64,000 nucleotides of DNA from Bispira polyomma (Eukaryota), in assembly GCA_965649765.1 (NCBI GenBank), contig OZ287750.1, forward strand, positions 69,378,001 to 69,442,000. The letters are read 5' to 3'. A program made the translations under genes and the position numbers. The notes under the pieces are model-generated. The model was not told the origin of the DNA. It did no database searches and was given only the letters and a program-made list of their open reading frames with translations. Shown piece by piece: positions 51,201-63,232 of this stretch; positions within the stretch are counted from its first letter, which is position 1; each line of letters opens with the position of its first letter.

Positions 51201-52275
51201 TGTGGTAGAGCACATGCATTTGTTACTGCAAGGGTACGCACAAGTGTCCAAGGCATTGACAATATATAGTTAGCGATCATGTGGAGTACATGTTTGGCCA
51301 AATTCGACTGAGGGTGCATGACTGGATGATTTTTTAGTAAAATATAGACCTCTTTTGTTTATGGAATTTTAGGCTGTATTATAGTAATATTAAGTAGTAA
51401 CTTCGTATTTATTATCAGGTATAAGCGATTATGCTTCTGGCAATGATTTTAAGGTGGACGTTGACCAAAATGGCACCACTTATGTGGAATGTGGTCTAAG
51501 TGGAACCTTAGTAACTGCAAATAGCAGTTGTAGCAAATATATTTGACACAGTTTATAGATTTGCAGATGTGGGATGACAGGGTATGTTTGGGCAGACATG
51601 ATAAAATGTGATTTGGCTACTGAAAAACCATTACCAAAATATATGTATATGTATTGTAGCAGAAGAACATAAAACCCATGAAATTATGACAAACATCAAA
51701 CAGATAGGCTGAAAAATAAATAAATAAGCTGTGGCTCAGTGTTGTAATTGGATAGAACAAGTCAATTGTGAATCTCCATTGACCATTTGGAGGTATTTAC
51801 CATTTTAGCAACCATGTATGTAGGATAAGATACTTTGTTTGTTTTAGGAATTGATGTAAAAGAAAACACAGTTACCTGTGAGGTACCCTTTGGAGGGATG
51901 CTGCTATTTAGCAATGTATTGCCACACCGAAGGTAGGCTAGAGTATAATGCATTTACATATTTGTGCTGGATGCTTTTAAAAGTTAAAGTAAAATTTCTA
52001 TAATATAAACTATCAACAAAGATCATGTGCAGCTAGACATACACACAAACAAGTTTTGTCAATGAATCTATCCGTTTTGAAGCCTTCCAAATATGTCCAG
52101 TGACATCCGATGGAGCCTTGACCTTCGCTGGCAGAGGGCTGACAAACCTGTTGGATTTTATGGTGTTAAGGAAGGCGTTCTATTGAGGTCCTCAACTAAC
52201 CCCAACATGGAAATCGATTGGAAAAAGTTCGATGGAAACCCAACACTAGACCAATCATTGAAGATGTCTACCAAG
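48274..52275 (+). CDS. Phytanoyl-CoA dioxygenase (PhyH)-family Fe(II)/2OG dioxygenase, 3'-partial; exons 48274-48405, 49254-49371, 49663-49908, 50319-50413, 50822-50927, 51848-51932, 52083-52275
   Basis: All GT-AG introns with consistent phases. GQLTEEQLKHFFEHGYVII, PWHQD (HxD), AWIPLIDAT..NGCMQV, LLFSN.LPHRS (distal His), IRWSLDLRW (2OG Arg). Confidence 0.92.
48450..49200 (-). mobile_element. Decayed L2/CR1-group 3' fragment in a PhyH-gene intron
   Basis: gcgccttattaatgctaggcatctt...ggtcgtaagga matches the reverse complement of the L2 3' UTR. Confidence 0.6.
50565..50747 (-). mobile_element. tRNA-derived SINE
   Basis: GGGACATCGGTGGTGTAGAGGTAAC head, GTGTATGTGGGAAAGTT, TCCTCCACC, tail GCGGCATTTAACATAACT. 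Confidence 0.7.
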
Positions 52276-52844
52276 GTTTGTACTCTGCCCCTTTTCTCAG
52301 GTTTTTCTGAATCTGTTCATTGGTTACACCAATGAATAAGCACTGTTTGAGACTTCTATACATATCATCCGTGTCAAAAATGTGGGTAAAAGCAGAATAT
52401 ATAAAATTCTAACTCCATTTAAACATAGGCAATCTTGTTCCTTTGTTTTAAGTTTATGTGTGTATGTATTTATGGATACCAACACATTTAACCTGAATTA
52501 ACCAATGACATTTCAATTACAAGTGGTGTTTATAAGGAATGCTACACTTTACTGCCCAGTTAAAGGAATCCTCCACTCCAGCCATATCTCAGTGAAATTA
52601 AGCACATGCTGACCGTGTGACACTTGCTCAACCACAACATACACAGAATAATCTCTAGGTTTATTTATACTGCACATACCTGGCTGACATGAAGTAGAGT
52701 GTTGAAGGGGAACTATTTGTACACTATTTGGTATCTGAACAGAATGATATGAGAAAAATATATTGTTTACAAAGATTTAGAAGACTGAATTCCCCCCAAA
52801 AATCTTTATTGTACTTTTTCACTTGAAGTAATTAAACGTATCTT

Positions 52845-54130
52845 TAGTAGGGTGAATAGAGTACATACCTTCACTATACACATTCATCAACTAGAATTGT
52901 ATTCAGTAGAGTGCATACCTCTACTTTACACATAAATCAACTAAATGGTAAATTTTTTTCCAGTAAACATTCTTAGGACACCGTTATCCCCAATTGATAA
53001 AGTAAGGAACCTGGAATTTTTGTTTGACAGTGATTTTTCATTTTTTCATGCTTAATGGGTCTTAGACACCTTAGGAGAATCAGGAGGTACCTTCCTAAAT
53101 CGGTTGCAATTACTGCAGCAAATGCTCTGGTTGGTAACAGACTGGACTACTGCAATTCACTGTCTCGCAGTTTGACCAAAAAGGACCTAAACAAATTGCA
53201 ATGCATCCAGAATTCATTGGCACATCTGGTCAGTTGTTCTGCTCGGCTTTCAAGTGCTTCACTGATTCTGAAGTCACTCAACTGGCTCCCTGTTAGGTAA
53301 CGGTGTGTTTTTAAAACTGCTACAATAGTATATAAGTTTCTTGATTCAGGTTTGCCTAAATACTTTGAACCACACTTGAGTTACTACAAGTGTAATGTCA
53401 ATACCAGGAGAGCTGCTTCCAAAAATAGATTCCTTCTTGTTCCAAAATATAGGTCCAAAGTACTAGGTCAAAGGTTCCCTTTGATAAAAGTTTTGCAAAC
53501 GATACTGCTACCCTATGGAATAGTTTGGTTAACAAATAAGGACGGCTCCGTCCCTGTATTCCTTCCGGCGTAGTTTAAAAGACCTATCTGTTCAATGATG
53601 CATTTCCTCCATAGTCTCTTCCCTGTTCTCGGTGGATGCATTGATGACGACTTCCTTCTCTCTATCACCAATGATTTTTGGCTCTGGCTGTGATTTTTTG
53701 CGCCTTAGAATTCGTTACAGCGAAAATAAGAGCTAAAAAGTCTGATATATTATTACATTATATTACTATTATTATACTACCTCCACTATAAACATAAATC
53801 ATCTAAAAGTATACTCAGTAGAGTGCATAAATCCACTCTACACATAAATAAACTGGAATGGTACTCAGTAGACTGCACACATCCACTTTACACGGCTCGC
53901 GCTATGTTGCTGACCCTTTTTCTGTCTCTAGATTTTGGAAATTGGATAACTGTCTTTGTGCTGGTGCGCCTTAGAGTCCCCCTTGTTAAGGGGAGATTAA
54001 GCGCAATAAAAGTCTAATTACAATTACACATAAATCAACTAAATGGTACTCAGTAGAGTACATACCTCTACTATACACATAAATAAACTAGAATAGTATT
54101 CAGTAGAGTGCACACCTCCACTTTACACAT
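52845..54130. repeat. ~50-bp minisatellite interrupted by L2 fragments (about 52960-53770 and 53895-54025)
   Basis: Recurring ctcagtagagtgcatacctctactttacacataaatcaactaaatggt. The L2 piece encodes [15 protein letters not shown]...LNWLPV. Confidence 0.75.
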
Positions 54131-54577
54131 TGAATCATCATCATGTGAATTAATTATTATACAATACAAATATGTACAATCTCATCTCAAGTTTTAAATT
54201 TTAATCCAATCTCAAGTTTGGCTAGTTTTTGTGGCCAATCTTAAGTCGTGGTCACACTGAGCTTACGTTCCGCTTACGCACAAAAAATGTCAAACTTAAC
54301 CGCTGCGTAAGCGTTTGTGGGGTTTTGTTTGAACGTATGCTTGCGTAAGACCAAAATTGGAAATTTTTGGGAAATTATGAAAAGCGTCTTTGTTTTGGAC
54401 TGCTCAAAATTCCTTACGTTTTCTGAAATCTGGCCCTTTGCCTAATGAACAGCTATTTTGCATAATTGGACGGGATTAAAGCGGCCCTAAACGTATTGGG
54501 ATTGACAAGACGTTCCATTTAGGGCTGGGTTGTTTATTACACATTACACCCGTTTTTACAGTCGTTTTTGGGTTAAA

Positions 54578-54735
54578 GTCAAAGTCAAAATTTAGGGTTT
54601 TACATCCCGTTTAACAGCCAGGGTCATATTGGGACAGGCCCACAGCATTTGTCACTTGTGGGAGGCGAACCCACACAGAGGTGACAGCCTGTGATTAGAT
54701 GCCAAACTTACTAACCATTTGGCTACTGAGGACCT
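54578..54735 (-). mobile_element. tRNA-derived SINE (same family as 28721-28873) inside Harbinger C
   Basis: Reverse complement of the 28721 copy, with a ~14-bp TSD gtttt(t/g)gggttaaa. Confidence 0.85.
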
Positions 54736-54988
54736 GTTTTGGGGTTAAAATCAATGTTTACGTTTGACCTGTTTTGATTAGGTACAGTACGCATACCTCG
54801 TTTGATATTTCGTTTAATCTGCATGCTTTTTCGTTCAACTCGTTCACCAAGCCGTTTACTTTGTTTCACTTCGTTCAATATGCTTCCATTTCGTTCACCA
54901 CGCTCTAGCTTCATTTGATTCGCTTGTGACGTCACAATTTTGTTTATCTATTTTGTTGTGACATATGCGTTCCCCATTTGTTTAAATA

Positions 54989-57413
54989 ATGGGTAGAGTT
55001 ACTAGAAAGAGGAAAGCATCAGCACATTTACCTTCACTATAGCCAGAGCCCGAAATGGTGGAAGGAACCCAGATTGACACTTAGATTGACACTCAGTTGG
55101 AAGAGGCAGACGAGACACAAATTTTCAACACACAAGATGAAGGAGAACTTTTAGATTTTTCCCAGACACAGACCTAGAGCCAGACCAATAAAGTTGCAAA
55201 GAAGAGGAGCCAGCTAGTGAAATTGGGCCACACACAGGAGGAGGATTTGTTAGATTGGTTAAGCGAAACCCTGGAGTTGTGGTCACGAGCAGCTGAGTTT
55301 GTGCATATCCGGCATCCAGAAAAGATGGCAATGTGGTTGCAAAAGGCAGCTGAATATGACAAGACTAGAGAGTATTCATATTATTTTACCTTGATTTACC
55401 TGTTAGTTATAATGTATTTTATATCAGCCCAAATTCAGGAATATTTAAAAACTAAGATAGAAACAGAGGATGTGGATTGAAATGGCCAGTTTATTTAACT
55501 GACAAAAATGTATATATTGAACCAAGCATACAAGATCTTTAAAATTTGATTACATCACACAAGTGACTTATATATACATTATTTTTTTACATAAATGTGG
55601 TGAGGGACACAAAGTAACGTAAAATACTGCAGGTATCCCTCACCCCACACAGAAAAGGGAAGGGAAACAGAAGACCCATATTGACATTATTATGGTTGGA
55701 GTTCCTAATGTATTCTCCAATGCATCAGATTTTCAAATATTTTACAGCCTCGCTTAACCGTCTAAGTTGAGGGAGTAACTTTGTGTTTAGATAATTAGAT
55801 TTACGTATTAAAATATGTTGGAGAATATTTTGATATTATATGTCATTTTATATGTCATTGTTCGCCTATTTTAATTAATTAATGTAGGCCCTCTATTATC
55901 CGACCATAGTGAGGGAGTTGGGTCTTGTTTGGATAATTAGATTGATCTGGGAAAAAGTATTGGAGATGATCTTGCTATTATATGTAATTTTATATGTCAT
56001 TTTTCCCCCATTTTTATTAATAATAGTATCCCCTCTATTATCCGACCATATTGAGGGAGTGGGGTCTTGTTTGGATAATTAGATTGATCTGGGAAAAAGT
56101 ATTGGAGATTATCTTGCTATTCTATGTAATTTGACATGTCATTGTTCCCCCATTTTAATTAATTAATGTAGCCCCTCTATTATCAGACCATAGTGAGTGA
56201 GTGGGGTCATGTTTGGATAATAAGATTGATCTGTGGAGGAAAGAGTTGGAGATTATCTTGATATTATTGCATATTCCATTGCATCTTTTTCTCTACAGGG
56301 GAACAATTGCTACAGTGTTGGACCAATCTGTGCTCTGTGACTGCGAAACACACGACTAAGTTGTGGATCAGTCCATCATCCACTGAGCAATCCACTGAGC
56401 AAGCTACTAAGCAATCAAATGAGACATGCAGTCAATTAGGATCCTTGGATGATGTCAAGATCTTTTTCACAAACACCCAAAGAGGCAATCAGTGGTAAGA
56501 TTTTGCAACAGCAGAATGACACTACACACCTGCAGCTACAGATGAGTGACTACTTCAAGGAGGTCAGGAGCAAGCAAACCGGTCGTCATCCGCAATTTTT
56601 CAACATGTTATGTACAGATGCTGAAGCCATCGAGAATTGCTACTGGTTAGACTGCAGAAAGGACTTGTTAGCTGTGGTTGACCTGGCCAGTGCGACCTGG
56701 TTTAGCGTTTCCAAGGCCAGTGGAATTTTCAAAATGAACAAGTGTTTTTTAGAGCCAGCCTCACCGGTCTGGCTTTCGATAGACATGTCACCCGTGGACA
56801 TGTCCATGTTATGTCACAGTTCTACCCCAGCTTCAGGCATGTTAAAGGACAATTCCTTGTTGGACACTCCTGCTCGGCCTGATGTTTTGTGTCTACTTTC
56901 TGCACTGCTGATGTTGTGTCTACTTTCCCCAGTACTGGTTGTGTGCCTTGTGTGTCTGCTTTCTCCAATGCTGATGGTGTGCCCGTTGTGTCTACTTTCT
57001 GCACTACTGATGTTGTGTCTACTTTCTCCAATACTGGCGGTGTGCCTGGTGTGTCTACTTTATCCAATGCTGGTGGTGTACCTATTGTGTCTACTTTCAG
57101 CAATACTGGTGTTGTGCCTCATGTGTCTGCTTTTTCCAATGCTGGTGGTGTGCCTCGTGTGTCTGCTTTTTCCAATGCTGATGGTGTGCCCGTTGTGTCT
57201 ACTTTCTACAATGCTGTTGGTGTGCCCGTTGTGTCTACTTTCTCTAATGCTGGTGTTGGGCAAATTTTCCTAAATACTGAACATCAAGATTCTAACCTTG
57301 CTCAAGGTGAATCAACAGTCGGAGTAGCCAACCATTTGGGAGATGTACTAGCAGCAGCAAACAACCCTGGCATTATCTCTATTGAAAAGTTGCACCGCAG
57401 TGGCCAAATTTAG
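54989..57413 (+). pseudogene. Harbinger C Myb/SANT(MADF)-like ORF2, two exons, disrupted
   Basis: EEDLLDWLSETLELWS...KMAMWLQKAAEY / GEQLLQCWTNL (Trp-spaced trihelix pattern). Intron ~55370-56298 (ctacAG acceptor) contains ~140-bp repeats. 36/27-bp coding repeats at 56880-57260. Confidence 0.7.
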
Positions 57414-58459
57414 TGGTTTGTTATTATTTTCTAGTTTTAATTATATCGTTATATTATTTTTGTTTCATAATTATTGTTTTATATTTATAACAATAATTTT
57501 ATAGTCTTTAATGTTTTTAAGTATCTCACCAAGTAATGGTAAAATTGTTGGACTTGTTATTGCTTTTAAAAAATTTTGAAATCCAGTTCCAAGTTAAGTT
57601 GTCTGTAATATTGAAATACGTCATAATCATAATGATATCGTTAAATGGTTTTGGTTTCATAATTATTGGTTTATATTTATTACAATAATGTTATATTCTT
57701 TGTGTGACCCAATTCTAATCAAAGGGTGGTATCACCATTGGGTTTGAAATGTTTTTTGGCAGTTTCGAAGTTAGCCATGAGATTTAACCATCCTTGTGGT
57801 TCTTGTGTCTATGCATTCACATCCAAGTTGTTGTTTAAGTAATGACACACAATTGCCACACACTGTCTTTTCACCCCTTTCGTGGACTAAAGTATTAACA
57901 TATATTGAAATATGTCATAGATGTAATTATATCGGTATATGGTTTATTAGTTTTAATTATTATTTTTTAGTTGTATTAATATCTTTTGTGTCTTTAATAT
58001 TTTTAAATCTGTGGCCAAAGTTAGTGGCCTTTCATAAGTTAAACTTGTGAAGCAGTAACATAATTGGTGAATAACATAATTGAATGATATTATTGAATTA
58101 CATTACTGCATACACATTATAAAGATTTCTCCATGAAATTATTAATGGCAATTATCAATTAAAATTTAACATTATTAAAAAATATTTTAAATTAAACTTT
58201 TTTACATTCCATTCTTGAATAATATTTTGATTGAAATTACTGCATTGTCAATCATTGATCGAGTAAAATCTTGTTTGGATAATTTGATTGATTTGGCAAA
58301 TTTGTAAATTTTAGGGCTCCGCAAGAATCAGGTTTCTAATTTAAAATTATTTCTGAATTTTATTCTCAAAGAAAGTTATATATAAATTAAATCACTAAAT
58401 AATATTATACATAAAATTAAACATTATTAGATACATTTTTAAAATACATTCCTCCATCT

Positions 58460-58740
58460 CCTCTCTTGTACTGTGACCTTCACAGTCCTACATTTCCTCT
58501 CTTGTACTGTGATTTCACAGTCCCACATTTCCTCTCTTGTACTGTGACCTTCACAGTCCTACATTTCCTCTCTTGTACTGTGACCTTCACAATCCTACAT
58601 TTCTCTCCTCCTGCTCCTGGGGCGGTGACCTTTTGAGTACATTATCAAATAAAATTAAATATAACATTATCAAATAAAATTAAATATAACATTATCAAAT
58701 AAAATTAAATATAACATTATCAAATAAAATTAAATATTAT
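58460..58740. repeat. 36-bp x4 and 25-bp x4 minisatellites
   Basis: cctctcttgtactgtgaccttcacagtcctacattt and acattatcaaataaaattaaatata units. Confidence 0.9.
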
Positions 58741-60269
58741 TACATAAATTTTTAAAAATACATTACTCCAATTCACTGTGCGTGACCTTTACATTCCTCC
58801 ACTCCTTTTTGCATGTGACCTCTACAGTCCTCCATTCCTTTCTTTGAGGGTGACCTCCACTTGCATCCATTTCTTGTGTGTGACACCCACATGCAACCTT
58901 TGATCTTACTCAATATTAATCACACATCTCTTCTCCTGTCGCTCAGACGAAGGTGGAAGCTTGCAAAGGCCTTTTCTCAAGTTCAAAGTGTCGTCAAGAT
59001 ACTTCCTTGAATGGGATGCTTCTGTGCTTTTCCTGTGCCTTTCTTTTGCTGGCCTCATTTTTTTTTGCTAGCACGATAATAAAATAAAATTATGAATCAA
59101 ATAAAATGATAAATAAAGTAAATTATAAATAAAAAAAAATAAAATAAATTAAAATTACATATTACAATTACATTCTACTCTTCCAGTTACAGCTTCAATT
59201 GTGTACAGTTAAATGAAGGAACTCAACCCCAGAATTGTTCATTGGTAGCCTGTATCTCTTTATCAATTCTGAGTTCATTTGGTTGTATGTGCTTTTTTCT
59301 ATTGAGTTTGATTATGTCATTTAACGCCGTCTCCATTTTCCAATCTTATAAGTTGCATGTGAGTGTCGTATTGACTCACGTGTCGGTGACATTTGTCAAG
59401 TGTGACATCCCTTAAACTTTAAGAGGTTGTTCAAACTAATTAAATCTAAATAAAACAAATTTATAAAATAGAATCAAATTATAGATAAGATGAAAAATCT
59501 AAATAAAACAATAAGTTAAACATTACACATTGTCATTACATTCCAATCTTCCACACCTCAATAATCCAAACTAGACCGCCATATTATCCCACCTCTCGGT
59601 ACCATTTTCCATTTGTTAAATCAGACCTCTCTTCTGATTGTTATTCTCTACCAAATTTCTGTCTCTGCATTCCTCTTTCTATACCACCACATCATGCAGT
59701 TACATTTTATTCAATTGTTATTCAATTATGTTGTTCAGTAATTGTTTTAATAGATGCCAATTCTCAATTAGCAAAGTACATTGTTGACTCAAATTTGATT
59801 ATGGTCAGTGGTTCCATCTTTTCCTGACCTTTGATGGTCAATAGTATTAAGCAGACTTCTTCACTGCGTCATCTTCCATATGTGAGGTGTCTCTTCATTC
59901 CAGTTGGTATAAAGAGAAACCATATGGACATAGCGCATTAAGTTATGAAAAGAACAGAATATTTAAATTATTATTCTAATGACATGTTTCCCTTGGTAAG
60001 CTGTCACAAGTATTTATCAGTCTCTAAAGGTACACCTTGTCTGACCTTGTGGTCATGCTGGCTGACCTCAAGGTCAGGTAAGTATAAAGGTAATCTTGAC
60101 TTAGCTTATTTTGTATATGTAGTTACTTTATGTGAAAGAAATGTTGCATGCTGTTTGGGATATTTTATTTACATTTCTTAATTTTGTACAACTATACAAG
60201 AAAATTTCAAGATATTCTTAAAATTTTTAAATGGCACTATGGCTACCATACAACATAAAGGTTGGTAAA

Positions 60270-60843
60270 ATAATAAAAAAACACCATGCAAGTAAATGAC
60301 AATATTCCATAATAATGGTGGAAAAAAGAGGACGTAAACATTCCTCTGTAAGTAAATATAGATTAATACTTTTAACGACACTCATAAACAAGTATGTGAG
60401 TGACTTTGACAACCCTGACCTTGTTTGTGATATTAACATTTTAACAGTGATGCCAATCAGGGAGGTGGGTGTGGAAATATTTACTTCTACCCTCCTTGGG
60501 TTTTAATTTAAGAATGCCTTTTGCTAAAAAGAGCGGGAAAAGGCTTGACCTTATAAGTCCTTTATTGGTTCTCTTCAGTAAACAATTAACCCTAGTAACC
60601 ATTCCTGTAAAGGGGTGTATTTTCGCGACTGATAGGTCATGCTTTATTTCATCTGCAGTGACTCTCACTTTCCAATAATTTTTCAGTATTATTGGCACAT
60701 ACTGAATGGGTTTGATTTCCATAATCTCAATTGATGCCCATTTCACTTGGAAAGCCTCGTCTCTCCTACTTTGCTCAATGCTTAGTATGTACATGGACAC
60801 AGCAAAGAAGAGGTTGAATGATCTTTATCTCCATCACCATCTC
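60270..60843 (-). pseudogene. Harbinger C cargo ORF remnant, possible N-terminal chromodomain-like region
   Basis: 119-codon open stretch after a tttttcAG acceptor: FAVSMYILSIEQSRRDEAFQVKWA...IKPIQYVPIILKNYWK. Confidence 0.35.
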
Positions 60844-60999
60844 TGAAAAATAGGAATATGAATCTCCATCTCTGAAAATATAAATATGTACAATTAAAAA
60901 TGAATAAATTAAAGTAATCAAGTAAATTAAAGTAAGTTAAGGTCATTATCAGTGCCATAGCGGTAGAATACTGCAATGGCATTACATGGCAGAATTTTT

Positions 61000-61990
61000 C
61001 TATAAAAGATAAAACATTGTAATATATTGGTGATGTACTTGTGATGTAGTTTCTTACCAACTCTTGCCAGAGTAGCACTTGTAATGTATTGGTGATGTAC
61101 TTGTGATGTACTTTGTTACAGTATCCAGAGCAGCACTTGTAATATATAGGTGATGTACTTCTGATGTACTTCCTTACAGTATTTAGAGTAGCACTTATAA
61201 TGTATTAGTGATGTACTTGTGATGTACAATTTGTCACAAATTAAAATAAAAGAATTTTGGATTTCAGTTACTTGTGTTATTTCATCTTATCTTTTTTTCT
61301 AAAATTTTACCTTTGAAAACCAAGTGCTAGTTATTTGGTCTTGGGTTTGAACCCAGTAGTAGCACTTGTTAGAGCTTTAAACAAATGTACACTTAGAAGT
61401 TTTGAAAATCAAATGAAAAATTCTTTGCTTCTGGGTTTGAGTCCAGTTGATGGTGGTTGAGATAAATGTCCATTTGAAAGACAAATGACTAGTTCATTGC
61501 TCCTGGGTTTGAACCCAGTTGATAGTGGTTGAGATAAATGTCCCTTTGAAAGTCAAATGACTAGTTCTATGCTTCTGGGTGTGAACCCAAATGATGGTGG
61601 TTAAGATAAATGTCCCTTTAAAAGTCAAATGACTGTTTTTTTTTGCTCCTGGGTTTGAACCGAGTTTATGGGGTTGAGACAATGGCCAATTGAAACTTTT
61701 GAAAGTCAAATGACTAGTTCTTTGCTTCTGGGTTTGAGTCCAGTTGATGGTGGTTGAGATAAATGTCCATTTGAAAGACAAATGACTAGTTCATTGCTCC
61801 TGGGTTTGAACCCAGTTGATAGTGGTTGAGATAAATGTCCCTTTGAAAGTCAAATGACTAGTTCTATGCTCCTGGGTTTAAACCCAGTTGATGATGGTTG
61901 AGCTAAATGTCACTTTAAAAGTCAAATGACTAGTTCTTTGCTCCTGGGTTTGAACCCAGTTGACGGTGGTTAACTGCCCTTTAAAAGTTA
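61000..61990. repeat. ~58-bp x3-4 array and ~72-bp x8 array
   Basis: agtagcacttgtaatgtattggtgatgtacttgtgatgta and ctgggtttgaacccagttgatggtggttgagataaatgtc... units. Confidence 0.9.
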
Positions 61991-62072
61991 GTTATAAAAT
62001 AAAACAACAAGAAAAAGAAACCTTTTTTCACAAAATGACATATTAATTACAAAATTAGATACAAGGTATACA

Positions 62073-63232
62073 TTAAATCATTCTGTCCTGCCAGGAAACA
62101 GCACCTATTGGGTTGTTGTAGTATCCTTTTAGTAAGGCGCATTGAGCCTTGGCCTCTCTGTTTGCCGTGTTCCCCAGTAGTATCTCCTCCATGCAATGCT
62201 GCCCCATTTCTCCGATCCACTGGTAGCAGATTGTGCTGTGCGTCTTCTTGGTCCAACAATTCTGGGTTTTGGCCATTTGGATACCTCACTCTGCAAATGT
62301 TGTGCAAGATGCAGCAGACTGTGGTGATCAGAGTGGCTACAAATTCCCACTAAAATAGGACATCGGCTAGTCCTCACCGGGCAAAGGAGTATTTGCTGGA
62401 AGTGGGCCATTTGCACCAACATCGAGGTAGATGAACTTGTAGTCAGCACCCACCACAGCCAAAATTATAATTGATCCACTGTGAAGGTGTTTTAACAAGA
62501 GGCTTTCCATCTATGGCACCAATACAATAGGAAAAGTTCCATCTTTTCTCGAAAAGTTCTGCATTATCAGTCCAGCACTAATGTGTGTCCGAGCAGATAT
62601 AACTTCATTGAGGTTTTCCTACCAAAAAACAAGCTGGTTCAAAATCATTCTTAGTTGCAGTACCTGCTGAGTTGAATAGCCTCCCTACCAGTCTTCGGAC
62701 TGAGACAAGCATCATGGTTTTTAGAAAAAGGCTCAAAAACACATTTGTATCAGCTCGCTTTTCCACCCTGGCATGTATCTGATGGTCACGACTGAATCTC
62801 TGATCACAAACCTTCTTTCCAGATAATCACAGAGACCGTGTTGTGTGCTACACGAAAACCATAGGCCAGAGATCTATAGTCCGAACCAGTATCCAGGTAT
62901 CTCAGGGTGATGGCCACCATTAAACCTGGTTCTAGGGGAGCCCTAAAATTGACTGTTTTCCTTCACAGTCTTGGTTGTAGGCGTTGGACTAGTTCTCGGA
63001 AGATGACAGGATCAATCCTGGTAAAATTGTTATAACTGGCAGGGTCCTCAGCCTCAAACTCCTGCAATAGGTGCTCATAGAATCCAAACAGTGGTTTCCT
63101 AAGTATCCAGGGCCTGGTCCACACCTGCCTCGGCCTTCTTCTGACCATACAAGGTTCTTCCATACGTACCTGTTGAACCATCATAGCTTATTGCAGGACC
63201 TGGAATTGCTCCAATACAAAGTTAAAAGCCAT
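62073..63232 (-). pseudogene. Harbinger C transposase remnant (deletions, small L2 insert ~62620-62800)
   Basis: VWTRPWILRKPLFGFYEHLLQE, VAITLRYLDTG, WNFSYCIGAIDGK, ILHNI, YYNNPIGAVSWQDRMI*. Confidence 0.88.

Noticed and set aside
56449-57273. 274-aa hydrophobic Leu/Cys-rich ORF suggesting a membrane protein
   Set aside because: Its hydrophobic part is an alternative frame of the 36-bp minisatellite.
61420-61990. Regularly spaced repeats resembling a CRISPR array
   Set aside because: No unique spacers, eukaryotic context, no cas genes; it is a tandem minisatellite.
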